Assembly: GCA_964016885.1 (NCBI GenBank)
Contig: OZ024741.1
Coordinates: 266,352,001-266,416,000, forward strand
DNA length: 64,000 bases
Origin: Eledone cirrhosa
Taxonomy: Eukaryota
Direction: 5' to 3'
In this document: positions 40,085 to 53,179 of the stretch, one piece after another
Layout of the letters: each line of letters begins with the position of its first letter
Numbering within the stretch: position 1 is the first letter of the stretch
Position numbers and translations under genes: made by a program
Notes under the pieces: generated by a model
What the model saw: the letters and a program-made list of their open reading frames with translations, nothing else
Told to the model about the DNA's origin: nothing
Databases searched by the model: none

Positions 40085-43000
40085 CCTAAATCAGAAACCA
40101 TTATATATGTAGGATCCCCATATAAATCAGTGACAACTGTCTTCTACGGGACTAGAACTGTTTTTCATTTATAAGAAATCATCAGGAAGGGTTGTTTATA
40201 AGTCTCTTTGTAATATTTTGGGCTTTTATAATGAAATATCAAGTTTCACAGTTCTTTATAAGTCTCTAGGTGATATTTGGGGTTTCTATTGTAAAAAAGA
40301 AGGTTGGAGACCACTGTCCAATACTAATGTTGCTCACCACCTTCCACCATCCCCATTTTAGAGTCAACCAGAACATCTCCAGGGTTGATTCCTCTATCTC
40401 TGTATTGTTGTATGTCCTTGTCTTTAGGAGAGCTAGACAGCAGGTCTCTTCAAGTGAGTGTTTCAGCCCTTAACATCTTACACTCTAAGGGGGCTGGGCT
40501 ACATCCAAGTCATGACTCCCGGGTGCCCTTCGGCTGACATTTAGCCATTTGGATATCAGAGACTTGCTGTGTATTTATATCTCAGATCTCTGATCATTAT
40601 ATTAGCTGAGGTTAACTTTGCCTTTCATCCTTACGGGGTCGATAAAATAAAGTACCAGTAATGCACTGGGTAGTTGCTGGCCTTGTGCCAAAAGTAGAAA
40701 CAATTATATTAGCTGAGGTGTATGTTGCTGACTTTGGGCTGGTCTCGAGCTAAGCAACAATAATTTCACTTTATTACACAACCTACATAAAGTACATGAG
40801 GGTCATGGTCGGATGGAACATCATTGATTGGACATCTGCTGGTTCAGGTCTGACCTGGGGCTAAACATCAACAACAGCACCACTACAATACTACTATTTG
40901 GCCATGGCTGGGATATCATTGATCAAAAATCTTATGGCTTAGGGCTGACCTGGGGCTAAACAACAACAGTACCATTACAATACTACTACATGGTCATAGC
41001 TGGGATGTCACATCTTAAATCTGATGGCTCAGGGCTGAAGAACAACAACCACAACAGTATCATTATAATACTATAACATAAAATACATGATGGTCATGGC
41101 TGGGATGTCATTAATTAAAAATCTGATGGCCAAGTTTTCTTTTAATTTTCCTTTATAAAAAAAATGTCATTTTATAAACATTAAAATAGAATCTTAAGAA
41201 TGTCAAACCCTGTAGGAATCCCTTTTTGTTTTTTAGAAACCCCAAAACTATTTTAGTGAACCCCTTCAGTTTGTATAAACCTACATTGGAGACCACTGGT
41301 ATAGGAGTTTGTTTATACAAAAGGCATGAGTTGTCAGTAGAGAGCTGAAGTAATTGTTAATAAAACTGGAGGGATTTCATACAGGACAATAACAGAAGGT
41401 AGGAATTGATAGTAGGGAGCTGAGATGGTTGATAACAAGACTGGGGGGGGGGGGGGGGGGGGGGATTGGAGGGAGTTTGACAGAGAAGGACAATAATAGA
41501 AGGTAAGAATTGACATAGTGGAGAGCTAAGGTAGTTGATAACAAGACTGGCAGGAGTTTGACAGAGAAAGACTACAGTAGAAGGTAAGAATTGATACAGT
41601 GGAGAGCTAAGGTAGTTTATAACAGAACTAGGTGTTTGGCACAGAAAGGAAAAGAAGTTAGGCAAACATGACAGTTAAAACAAAAGGACATAAGTTAATA
41701 CAAGACAAGAGTCAAAAGCGGACTAGTCATCAGTGCCAATGCTACTATTACAGTCAACAAAGTGGCTACCTTGGACATAAAACCTCAATCAGACACATTA
41801 CTTAGAGTATCACAGTTTTATATTTCCTGCAATATATATATATATATATGTATATCATTATCATCGTTTAACATCCATTTTCCATATTAACATGGGTTAG
41901 ACAGGTTGTCCCATTTGAGGCAAGTCGGGTCAGGTGACTGTGTCTCGCTCATATAGAATTGTTTCTGGCTTGGTTTCTATGGCTGGATACCCTTCCTAAC
42001 GCCAACCACATTACAATGTGTGCTGGGTGCTTGTTGTCATGCCTCCTACACGACCACTTCACAGTGTGTGCTGGGTACTTTTTGTCGTGACACCTACACA
42101 ATCACTTTACAATATATATATATATATTTATATATAATGTGTGTGTATGTACACAGGGCTATTCCTACCATCAAGGCCAACTGGGCAGCCACCTAAAACA
42201 CAGACCTATAGACCTCAGAAAGGCACAACTCTGAACCTTAAAGGATCGGTTTTATACAAATGTGTATAATTAACTTTAAAATATATTTTCTGTGTTCAAT
42301 AAATAAATCACTGAACTCCGTTACTGTATTATGGAAATATCCAAAGTGGTGAATAGGGTCATATGGTGTTATGACCTGTAACGTAATTTGGTATGTGTGA
42401 GAGTGAACTGTGTAGTAGAAAATGCAGGCTTAGTAATTATCACAGTGTAGTCACAACACTGTAAAGGCGCATGGCTTTGTGGTTAGGGAATTCAGTTCAC
42501 AATCGTAGGGTCATGAGTTCGATTCCCAGCGGCACGTTGTCCCCTTGAGCAAGATACTTTATTTCATGTTGCTCCAGTCCACTCAGCTGGCAAAAATGAG
42601 TTGTATTTGTAATTCGAAGGGCCAACCTTGTCATATTCTGTATCATGCCAAATTGCCCTGAGAACTATGTTAAGGGTACACATGGTTATGGAATGCTCAG
42701 CCACTTGCACATTAATTTCACAAGCAGGCTGTTCCGTTGATCAGATCAACTGGAACACTTGTCGTAACCGACGGAGTGCCTTCCAGTCACAACAAGTGTC
42801 AAAGGTTAGATCCATCAACTTACTAATGTGCAAGTAGTTGAAATTATGTGAGAATTGGGTGCTCAACACCTGGGGAGAGGCTCTGCATCAGGGAAATATG
42901 GCAAGAGTAACGAGTAAATTGTTTGCATATTATCTTCATTAACTAAACACAATGTGTATATATATACCCATAACACTTGATGGAGTTGTAGGGGAGCTGT

Positions 43001-43411
43001 AGGCATACAGCATATCTTGGGTATTTTAAACTTAGAGGAGTCCAACCACTTTCCAAGTCTGAACACAGTCAATTTCTTCTAGAGATGAGAGGATAAGAGG
43101 TTAGTAGGAAGTGAGAAAAAAGTATAGAGGAAGAATCAACTGGTACTTTTGCTATCAACCTCGAAAGGATAAAAGGCAAGATTGACCTTAGCAGGATATA
43201 AACTCAATAGAGCACAGAGAGCTAGAACAAATACTGCAAAGCATTCTATTCAATGTCCTAACAATTCTAACAATTCAATGCCTTCAACAGTTTTTTTTAT
43301 TAATTAATGGTTTCTGATTTAGGCACAAGGCCAACAACTTGGGGTTAGGGGAAAGTCGATTAAATCGACCCCAGTGCATTACTGGTATTTTATTTTATTG
43401 ACCCCCGTAAG

Positions 43412-44117
43412 ATGACATGGTGTTACTTAACTCAACAGAAGGTGATCTCCGACTTGCACTCAATAGGTTTGATGCTGAGTGCTGCATGGCTGGAATGAAA
43501 ATCAGTGCTGTGAAAACTGAGATGCTTGTCCTCTCAAGGAAGCCTGTGCAGTCCACTCTAGATGTAAATGAAGCAGGTAGAGAAGTTCAAGTATCTTGGG
43601 ACCGTGTGCACAAGTGATGGAAGGCAGGAGGCTGAATTAAGTTCAAGAATTGCAGGAGCTGGTGCAGTAATGAGCCAGCTTCAGCATTTAGTAATCAGAA
43701 GAATAGAGATAGGCATAAAAGCCAAACTCGCTATCTTCAATTCAGTATTAATGCCAACCCTTACCTATCGTTATAAATCTTGGGTAATGACCAAAAGAAT
43801 ATGATCTTGTAGATCAGAGAATCACTCCAGGTAGCGCCACTACTTCTCCAAATTGGGAGATCACAACTCCAATACTATGGGCATGTGGTTAGAATGTCTC
43901 AGGAAAGAATCCTGGATAGATTTTAGAGGCAAAGCCAACCGGCAGAAGACCCAAGGGTAAACCCCAAGCAACATGGTTGGATAACATCTTGGCTGGTCAT
44001 GCTTGGAGGATCCAACCAGATCACTTGGAGACGGTTGCTTCAAACAGGACTCGCTGGAAGGAGTGTTTGAGGACTCTACCCCCACGACCGTCTTAGGAAT
44101 AAATGAGCAAAGAAGAA
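43412..44117 (+). mobile_element. RTE-clade LINE fragment nested in a SINE
   Basis: DMVLL...GMKISAVKTE, QVEKFKYLG, PTLTY..SW, YYGHVVRM; (AGA)n tail; TSD-like gaccccc(g/a)taag. Confidence 0.82.
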
Positions 44118-44289
44118 GACCCCCATAAGGCAAAGCTAACTGCGCCCGTAATTGAACTCAGAACATAAAGGGACATAACTATATGCTGCAAAGCATGTTG
44201 TCTGACACTCTACAAATACTGCCAATCCACCAACCTTTTTTTTTTTTTTTATTAATTAATAAAAATATTTAAGAGTAAGAAGTACTTAC

Positions 44290-44420
44290 AAATTAAGGAA
44301 CTACTCTTGGTAGTGTCCATCTGTAAAGAGAAAGGGTTTCGAGTACCAACCATTCGCTGCTCAGGTATAACATGTTTCACAACGACGGATGAGCTGAAGG
44401 CAATGTGGTCCCCATTTAAC
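44290..44420 (-). CDS. CGRRF1: CGRRF1 coding exon 2
   Basis: tttag|G TTA AAT...ATT T|gtaagt, 131 bp, LNGDHIAFSSSVVVKHVIPEQRMVGTRNPFSLQMDTTKSSSLI, NPF motif. Confidence 0.87.
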
Positions 44421-45797
44421 CTAAAAGGTAGGAAAAACATTATAGCAGTTGAACTTGACGAAATAAGCTGATATGAGATCTACTTGGCCCACGAAATACA
44501 GGAAAATAAAAATCACAGGGAGAAAAAGTCACAACACAAACACTGAATACACAAATATATATATATATATGTGTGTGTGTATATATTTATTTAGGTTTGA
44601 GGTTCACCACTGGATAGCGCTGGTCAATTCCAGTCCTTGAAATGATTATAGTATAATAAACCTTTCAAGGATTTACACAAGTCCAGCCTCCGGTCATTTC
44701 ATTATAATATTATATATGGAGAGAGAGGGGGGAGGGAGAGAGAGAGGGGGGTTCAACCTTAGAACTTAGCCCTAATTCTAACCAAAATTTAAGTGTTTCT
44801 ATGTGAGAGAGGGGGGTGTTCTTATATATCTAAAGATATAAGCGGAAAAACATTCTTCAACTGATTTAAATAAATTATCGTTTTTATGGTATTTAATTAA
44901 AATGACTTTTTTTTCCTAGTTAAAAATGCGAATTTTTCCCCTGAGGTTTTATTTCTGTTCACAAGTCCACCAGAATCATTTGACCAACAAACAATACAAA
45001 TATTTCGACTTTTAACACTAAAAACGCTACGGACATCATACAGTTAAGAGAAACTGGCACATTATCGGCCATCAAGCTCATAAAGCGACATGTGAGGTCA
45101 CCTCATAGACCTCTCGATGTAAATGTTATACATTTTTTTAATGTTTAGTCAAAAAGGGGAAGGACATTAACTCATGGGGAAATAAAAAATTTGTTCCCAA
45201 AATATCGGAGCGTTGGGTAGGTTTGAAATCAAATTCTTAGAAAATGTAGTAATCCCAAACGCAGAAAAAAAATTATAACTACAGTCGATTGCTATAAATA
45301 ATAGCTTTTAAAACAAATCGGCTAAAATACTCCTATAGACGGAAAAAACGTGACCAGCACCCGCTACGAAGAATCGAACTCCGTTCATCTGTGAGGTACG
45401 TGAGAGGTACTAGAAAGCGAACACATGCCGTGGACTTGACATGTGGTATAAACTGTAATACGAATATTATTTTATAAAACAGTACGAAGTGATCACACTT
45501 CATTTTTAACGCGACTGCCCTTAAAATTCTAAAGCTTTGCTCGTCACTGGCAAGAAGCTTTCATTTGAAGGTTTACTTAGTACTCTATACTTACGAAAAG
45601 TAGTGTAAATATCTTAAGGATTTTCTGTGCTACGGTTAATCTTTTACCGATCCGATAGCAAATGAAGAACTGAATATATTTCGATTCAGTTTATTTCCCC
45701 CATGGGATACCAGTAAAGGTATCCCTTCGGAGGCGTGGTTATAGCTTGATTGACATGTATGGGGACCTTATTTTTTTTTATAGAAATTATTTTTACA

Positions 45798-45840
45798 GGA
45801 CTAGAACTGTTTCGTTCGTTTGAAATCATCAGGCAAGTCC
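45798..45840 (-). ncRNA. Minimal hammerhead-like motif; family also at 23899-23933 (+), 26823-26858 (+), 40149-40186 (-)
   Basis: GGACTTGC-CTGATGA-T-TTC.AAAC.GAA-C-GAAACAGTT-CTAGTCC. Confidence 0.55.
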
Positions 45841-45904
45841 TGGTGATTTCAAACGAATGGAACATTTCTAGTGTTGTATAAATAATTTCTATACGAAATA
45901 AACC

Positions 45905-46350
45905 GTGTACCTTCTCTATTTTGTATGGGTGCGAAAGCTGGACACTAACAGTTGAGACGGAAGGAAGGTGGATAATAACAGTCGAGGTGGAAGGAAGAAT
46001 CGAGGCACAAGAACTTCAGAAGGCTGCTACGTATCTCGTACACAAAACACAAGAAAACAAATATTCTGGTAAATAGGAACCACTCCTTGTGATGGTAAAA
46101 CAACAGAAGCTCGCCAAGTATTGACATGTATATCCTGTCACCCATACCTGTCTAAATCCTTTATCCAGGGCACAGTTAGAAGGTTGGTTGAAGGTGAGGT
46201 AGATAAAAAAAAAAACCTAACCCGACAATATTAAGGACAGAAAGTCTCAACACTGCGACCGTTCAGTATATTAGGGTGGACAGCGGTCAGTTGTGATTGC
46301 TGACTGCCAGAAAATCGTGTGACCCCCGACCTCCCGCCAATGACTGGCTG
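45905..46350 (+). mobile_element. Degenerate RTE LINE fragment
   Basis: LYGCESWTLT motif, ILQG-like region downstream. Confidence 0.6.
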
Positions 46351-46499
46351 CCCCAGTTACAGGAATATGATGAAGATTTGTGGAATAAGTAGAATTTAAT
46401 AATGTTGCTATCTTCGTCAGCTGGGACGGACAAACAAAACATTAGCAGATGGCAGAGAAAAAAATATGGTACGTCATGTAAATAGGGATAGAGAATTAC

Positions 46500-46639
46500 C
46501 TTAGTATGAAGACAACTGTAATGATAAAGCAAACAAGTACTGTAATGACCGAATAAAAATTGGAATAGTTGGCTAAAATCAAAAGGCTGGCACTAAAGTC
46601 CTGGCCATTGCTGTTATTTAGCTCCTGAGAAGACGCCAT
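46500..46639 (-). CDS. CGRRF1: CGRRF1 coding exon 1 (N-terminal hydrophobic segment)
   Basis: ATG at 46639, MASSQELNNSNGQDFSASLLILANYSNFYSVITVLVCFIITVVFIL(R), donor AG|gtaatt. An acceptor-like ttttggatcag 2 nt before the ATG suggests an additional upstream exon. Confidence 0.82.
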
Positions 46640-47220
46640 TACTGATCCAAAACACAAGGAGGTGACAGTTGTAATTATCTCCCTTTGTTTAGCGGCTTGT
46701 GTGGTGGACCTCCATCGGTTCTGACGAGGAGTTCCAGTTATTCGAACAACGGGACATCCTGTTCGTTGAATTAACAACGTATGAGTGGGCAAAACATTTC
46801 ACTGATATGTCCACCGTCAACGTAGTTCTCATGGAGGTTCAGCGTTGACACAGTATATGACAAGACTGGACCTTTGAATTACAAGTATAATTGGGTGAAC
46901 TTGTGCAACGTGAATTAAATACACAACACGCTACCGGGAATTGAACTCACGACTTTACGATCGTGAGCCGAACAATCTAACCACTAAGCATCGCGCCTCT
47001 TCGCGAGCAAAAAATATACTTATTTTATTGGAGAGGTGTCGGGTTTGCCTTGTATTTGTTTTGGTTCTTTGGGCTCTAAGTTCAATTCCCGCTGAGATTA
47101 GTTATGCCTTTTAACTTTTCGGAATCAATGATAAATAAGAGAAGAGAATGATATATTTTATTAAAACATTAATATAAATAACATTCTTTCAGAATGTTAT
47201 TTATATTAATGTGTTATGGA

Positions 47221-50200
47221 TAGCCTGGGTCACTAAATAGCCAGGTACATATTGTAGGCTAGCTCTACAATATGTACCTGGGTATTTAGTGACCTAGGCT
47301 AACTCTACAATATGTACCTGGGTATTTAGTGACCTAGGCTAACTCTACAATATGTACCTGGGTATTTAGTGACCTAGGCTAACTCTGCAATATGTACCTG
47401 GGTATTTAGTGACCTAGGCTAACTCTGCAATATGTACCTGGGTATTTAGTGACCTAGGCTAACTCTGCAATATGTACCTGGGTATTTAGTGACCTAGGCT
47501 AACTCTGCAATATGTACCTGGGTATTTAGTGACCTAGGCTAACTCTGCAATATGTACCTGGCTGTTTATTTAGCAGCGTAGTATATAAAAAGTTATTGAG
47601 ACACGAGTAACATAATAATGATGTCAACAGCAGAAATTAGAGATGAAATGTATGTTTATTTTTTTTATAGCACAAATAATTGTTTCTACTTTAGGCACAA
47701 GGCCAGCAATTACCCAAATGTTTGTTAACTTGTATGGTTGAAGTTACACATAAAATGAGGTTACAAAAGGGAATGTGCCATTGTGCCGGAAAGCCGGCAG
47801 GCCAAAGTGCAAAATCTCACCGTCACATGTTGTACGTGTTGCTGGTTCGAAGTTCCGGGTGCGAGAGAGAGATTCTTCAAATTTTCGCGGGGAATTTCTC
47901 CCTCATGGTGCGTAGGGATACATCCTCTTCTACTGGCACTGATTGGCTGAGCTGAGCCAAATCACGCACAGAGAATGTATGTGAGCCCGCGGAATGTAGG
48001 TCACTACAATACTCTCCTCTAGACGGAAGACGATACAGATTATTGAATCAGCAAGAAAAAATGCTGAAAGAGCACATCAGTGAAAAAATAATTGAGCAGA
48101 AGGATTTATGCAAGAAAAAAAATGAGGCGCTAAGGGCCGTGTTGAGCTGCTGTGTCAAATGACTAGCTGTTTTGTAGTTTATACGTGACCACCAAAGGTC
48201 TAACAGAAAACGGATAAAGTCTGACATGGGTGAAGTTGCTGTTCTTGCATTAAATGTTAATGGTAAGTGTTGTACCAGTAGCTGTGGATGAAGCTATTAT
48301 GGTAGTTTACCAGTGCTGGCAAGAAGATGATGAGTAGGCGAGAAAATGTCGGCCTCCCAGATGTATTGCCAAAAGTGCTAGGGAGCCATGAAAAAAATGG
48401 CTGGTTGCTTTGAAAAGAAAAAAGCAAGTGGAATCTGTAGGTGGATAGTAGTTGCAGTGTAAATTCCATAATTCCAGCGAATCCACAGAAGTGGTGGAAA
48501 TGCTGACAAGTCCAGTTCTATTTGTTGTTTTCCCAGTGAGTTGGGTAAGGTAACAAGATGGCGGTTGTTATGGACGATGAGTGTGCAACGAGATGCGAAA
48601 CTGTTTGAATTCAGCTGCAATTAGCATTCTTGTGTTGCGGTGCCTGTTTGAATCCAGGTGAATTAAGCTCTATGAGTCGCTAGCATGTGACAGCACCTCA
48701 ACCAGGTGAAAAGGGATCTCGCAGAATATTACGTTTGAAGAACATATACTAAGAACAACATGTTGGTGGGTGACAAAGAAATGTGTGCATATGCAGGCAT
48801 GTAAAACAGCAAATAAATGTGTGGGAGCAGTCATATATACAATGATAAAGAAAATGATGCAGTCATATATATACAATGATAGAAAAAAAATGAATTTCCA
48901 TATAATACAGTTTAAAAAAAAAAAAATGTCCAAAATAAATGCCTGAAAAAAAAAGGAAGAAAGAAAGAATTGTTTCTTTTCTTTTAACAAAAAGTTCGCT
49001 TTTCTTTTCTTTGAAATTTCTTTGGTCACAATGAATCTTCTGTAGAGTCGAAGTCGAGCGTTGAAGAAACTAGAGTCACCAATATGGCAGCCACGTCAGA
49101 CGCCATAGTGGTGAGAAGACTGATGTCTTAATTTCTCGAGTCCTTGTGGTAACGAGACAGAAGGTATGGTGGTTGCGTCGGTAAAGTTACAAGCTGCCAC
49201 ATCGCCATTCCCTGGTGTTGGTTAGTAGTTAGCCATGTGTTGCTGCTGATGGCTGATAGTAGAGAAGTACTTGCTGGTAGCCGTTTTGAAATTACCTTGT
49301 GGCGTAAATTTTTTTTTTTTTTTTTTTTACACATACACTGCCAATTTTAATCTCATTTCAAAAGGAATATTTTGAACTGAAAATATTCATCACGTCGGGG
49401 TCACCACTTTTAGCAGCATAGTATATAAAAAGTTATTGAGACACGAGTAACATAATAATGATGTTACAAAAGGGAATGTGCCATTGTGCCGGAAAGCCGG
49501 CAGGCCAAAGTGCAAAATCTCACCGTCACATGTTGTACGTGTTGCTGGTTCGAAGTTCCGGGTGCGAGAGAGAGATTCTTCAAATCTTCGCGGGGAATTT
49601 CTCCCTCATGGCGCGTAGGGATACATCCTCTTCTACTGGCGCTGATTGGCTGAGCTGAGCCAAATAACGCACAGAGAATGTATGTGAGCCTGCGGAATGT
49701 AGGTCACTACATGTACCTGAGTATTTAGTGACCTAGGCTAACTCTGCAATATGTACCTGGCTGTTTAGTGACCTAGGCTAACTCTACAATATGTACCTGG
49801 GTATTTAGTGACCTAGGCTAACTCTGCAATATGTACCTGAGTATTTAGTGACCTAGGCTATTCATAAAATATGTACCTGGGTATTTACTGACCTAGGCTA
49901 TCCATAAAATATGTGCCTGGGTATTTAGTGACCTAGGCTAACTCTACAATATGTACCTGGGTATTTAGTGACCTAGGCTAACTCTACAATATGTACCTGG
50001 GTATTTACTGACCTAGGCTAACTCTACAATATGTACCTGGGTATTTAGTGACCTAGGCTATTCATAAAATAAGTACCTGGGTATTTACTGACCTAGGCTA
50101 TCCATAAAATACCTACCTGGGTATTTAGTGACCTAGGCTAACTCTACAATATGTACCTGGGTATTTACTGACCTAGGCTAGCTCTACAATATGTACCTGG

Positions 50201-50600
50201 GTATTTACTGACCTAGGCTAGCTCTACAATATGTACCTGGGTATTTAGTGACCTAGGCTAACTCTACAATATGTACCTGGGTATTTACTGACCTAGGCTA
50301 ACTCTACAATATGTACCTGGGTATTTACTGACCTAGGCTAGCTCTACAATATGTACCTGGGTATTAATGACCTAGGCTAACTACAATAAGTACCTGGGTA
50401 TTTAGTGACCTAGGCTAACTCTACAATATGTACCTGGGTATTTAGTGACCTAGGCTATCTCTACAATATGTACCTGGCTGTTTAGTGACCTCTCTACAAT
50501 ATGTAGAGTGACCTAGGCTAACTACAATAACTACCTGGCTATTTAGTGACCTAGGCTAAGTCTACAATATGTACCTGGGTATTTAGTGGCCTAGGCTAAT
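47221..50600. repeat. 40-bp minisatellite split by the LTR element (47221-47568 and 49712-50600)
   Basis: Unit tatgtacctgggtatttagtgacctaggctaactctacaa, first monomer inverted. Confidence 0.92.
47569..49711 (-). mobile_element. Small non-autonomous LTR retrotransposon (two LTRs, tRNA-Trp PBS, PPT)
   Basis: 5' LTR 49711-49409 (303 bp, starts TGTAGTGACC), PBS TGGTGACCCCGACGTGAT at 49406-49389, PPT AGAGGAGAG at about 48020-48012, 3' LTR 48008-47569 carrying a ~137-bp insertion. Confidence 0.88.
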
Positions 50601-50884
50601 TTTACGAGTGGCCCCCTTCTCCCAGTTAAAATAATTTCAATTTACAGTTTGGTAAGCTGACAAACCTATTTTTTGACACTTCTTGCACTGACTACACTAA
50701 AAAAAATTACTAAGCTTACATTTTTCACTATTCAGTCCACACTCACCTCACACCAAATCGTATAACCCTCTTCGCTACTTCGGGTATTTCCACAGTGTGC
50801 CCAGTTGGCCCTAATATTAACACCAGCTCTGCATCCACCATAGGTTCAAAGAGTCTAACTTATGAGAAACTAGAGATGTTATAT

Positions 50885-51019
50885 GCATGGGTTAGACGGG
50901 TTGTCCTGTTGTGGGCAGTGTCTGGTCGGCTGACCATGCCTTGCTCAGTTCCTGTATGAGCAAGGCATGGTCAGCCGACCAGACACTGCCCACAACAGGA
51001 CAACCCGTCTAACCCATGC
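50885..51019. repeat. 63-bp perfect inverted repeat of a SINE tail
   Basis: Arms 50885-50947 and 50957-51019, 9-nt loop. Confidence 0.88.
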
Positions 51020-51089
51020 TAGCGTGGAAGAACGGACGTAAAACGGTGATGATGATGATGATGATGATGATATATATACACGCACACAC

Positions 51090-52530
51090 AGTATTCGGTA
51101 ATCAGAAGAAGGGAGGGAGATGTAAAAGCCAAACTCGCTATCTTCAATTCGGTTTTCGTGCTAACTCTTACCTATTGTCATAAATCTTTGGTGATGGCCG
51201 AAAGAATACAAGCAGCCGAAATGGCTTCCTCCGAAGGGTCTTCGGAATAACATTACTCTATAACGTGTGTAGCTCAGAGATCGAGAGTCACTCCAGATAG
51301 AGAAGCTACTTCACCTTCGGAATAACATTACTCTATAACGTGTGTAGCTCAGAGATCAGAGAGTCACTCCAGATAGAGAAGCTACTTCACCTTCAGAATA
51401 ACGTTACTCTATAACGTGTGTAGCTCAGAGATCAGAGAGTCACTCCAGATAGGGAAGCTACTTCACCTTCAGAATAACGTTACTCTATAACGTGTGTAGC
51501 TCAGAGAGTCACTCCAGATAGAGAAGCTACTTCACCTTCGGAATAACGTTACTTGATAACGTGTGTAGCTCAGAGATCGAGAGTCACTCCAGATAGAGAA
51601 GCTACTTCACCTTCGGAATAACATTACTCTATAACGTGTGTAGCTCAGAGATCGAGAGTCACTCCAGATAGAGAAGCTACTTCACCTTCGGAATAACGTT
51701 ACTCTATAACGTGTGTAGCTCAGAGATCAGAGAGTCACTCCAGATAGAGAAGCTACTTCACCTTCGGAATAACGTTACTCTATAACGTGTGTAGCTCAGA
51801 GATCAGAGAGTCACTCCAGATAGAGAAGCTACTTCACCTTCGGAATAACGTTACTCTATAACGTGTGTAGCTCAGAGATCAGAGAGTCACTCCAGATAGA
51901 GAAGCTACTTCACCTTCGGAATAACGTTACTCTATAACGTGTGTAGCTCAGAGATCAGAGAGTCACTCCAGATAGAGAAGCTACTTCACCTTCGGAATAA
52001 CGTTACTCTATAACGTGTGTAGCTCAGAGATCAGAGAGTCACTCCAGATAGAGAAGCTACTTCACCTTCGGAATAACGTTACTCTATAACGTGTGTAGCT
52101 CAGAGATCGAGAGTCACTCCAGATAGAGAAGCTACTTCACCTTCGGAATAACGTTACTCTATAACGTGTGTAGCTCAGAGATCAGAGAGTCACTCCAGAT
52201 AGGGAAGCTACTTCTCCTTCGGAATAATGTTACTCTATAGCGTGTGTAGCTCAGAGATCAGAGAGTCACTCCAGATAGAGAAGCTACTTCACTGAATTGA
52301 GAGATCACATCTCCGATACTATGGACATGTGATTAGAATGTCTCAGGAAAGAATTGCTGGACAGATTTTACAGGCAAGACCAACTGACAGGAGACCCAGG
52401 GACTTGGCTGGTCTCGCTTGGGGATTCAGCCGGATCAGTTGGAGACGGTTGCTTCTGACAGGACCTGTTGGAAGGAGTGATTGAAGACTCTGCCCCACAA
52501 CTCTCTCAGGAATAAGTGGGCGAAGATGAT
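51090..52530 (+). mobile_element. RTE-clade LINE fragment containing an internal tandem array
   Basis: Flanks align with 43720-44115; YYGHVIRM motif after the array. Confidence 0.78.
51239..52291. repeat. 75-76-bp minisatellite, about 14 copies, inside an RTE fragment
   Basis: Unit ccttcggaataacgttactctataacgtgtgtagctcagagatcagagagtcactccagatagagaagctacttca. Confidence 0.93.
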
Positions 52531-52531
52531 T

Positions 52532-52580
<49 letters not shown>

Positions 52581-53179
52581 CCGAAGAAAACGGTATGATC
52601 AAACCCATATATTATGTCTGATAGAATACAGTTCTCTAATTACTATAGATCAGTCAATATATTGATATGATCAATCCTACGAAACAATCATAAAACAATG
52701 AATGAAATATGTAAAATAACTTGCCTTTATATCATTGCTAAATAATATAAAATGTAATATATCAGACTCTGTATCTGAAAGACTGACTCAGCGAAACACG
52801 GAACCAATCTCTGGATCCCACTGAACTACATGCTAATGGAATACATTGAGTTCTAACTACAGTATAAATCCTATCACGAAAGGTAGACCACATTTAACTT
52901 AAATCTACTCTCCAAACAAAGCTGGTTGATTTTTTAAGTCTCTCATAGGGTTACTCCCTTGATAATGGGTATTTAAACCTGAAAATATTTGGGATCATTA
53001 AATTTGCTAAGGTAAGATTCTTTTATTATCTTGGCAATTTAATGTTCTTTCTAACGCATTGTTCGGTTTTCAAAATTTAAATTTGTGTTTCCTATTCAAA
53101 AACAAAAAACGGGGGTCAATCAGGGAGGGGTTCCTCCGGTAGGAGTGAAAAGGCCCTGGATTGAATATATATATATATA

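Noticed and set aside
42824-43072. Candidate CGRRF1 exon 3
   Set aside because: Joining to exon 4 makes TAA and it lacks the YWG motif; 38265-38439 fits instead.
45343-45430. Vault/Pol III-like RNA on the minus strand (B box GAGTTCGATTC, T6 run)
   Set aside because: No clear A box or terminal stem; lies in what looks like DNA-transposon-type sequence.
47722-47955. Duplicated short ORF (also 49458-49658)
   Set aside because: Lies within the two LTRs on the antisense strand; no recognisable protein.
49389-49406. tRNA-Trp fragment as an RNA gene
   Set aside because: Only 18 nt including CCA, adjacent to an LTR: a primer-binding site.
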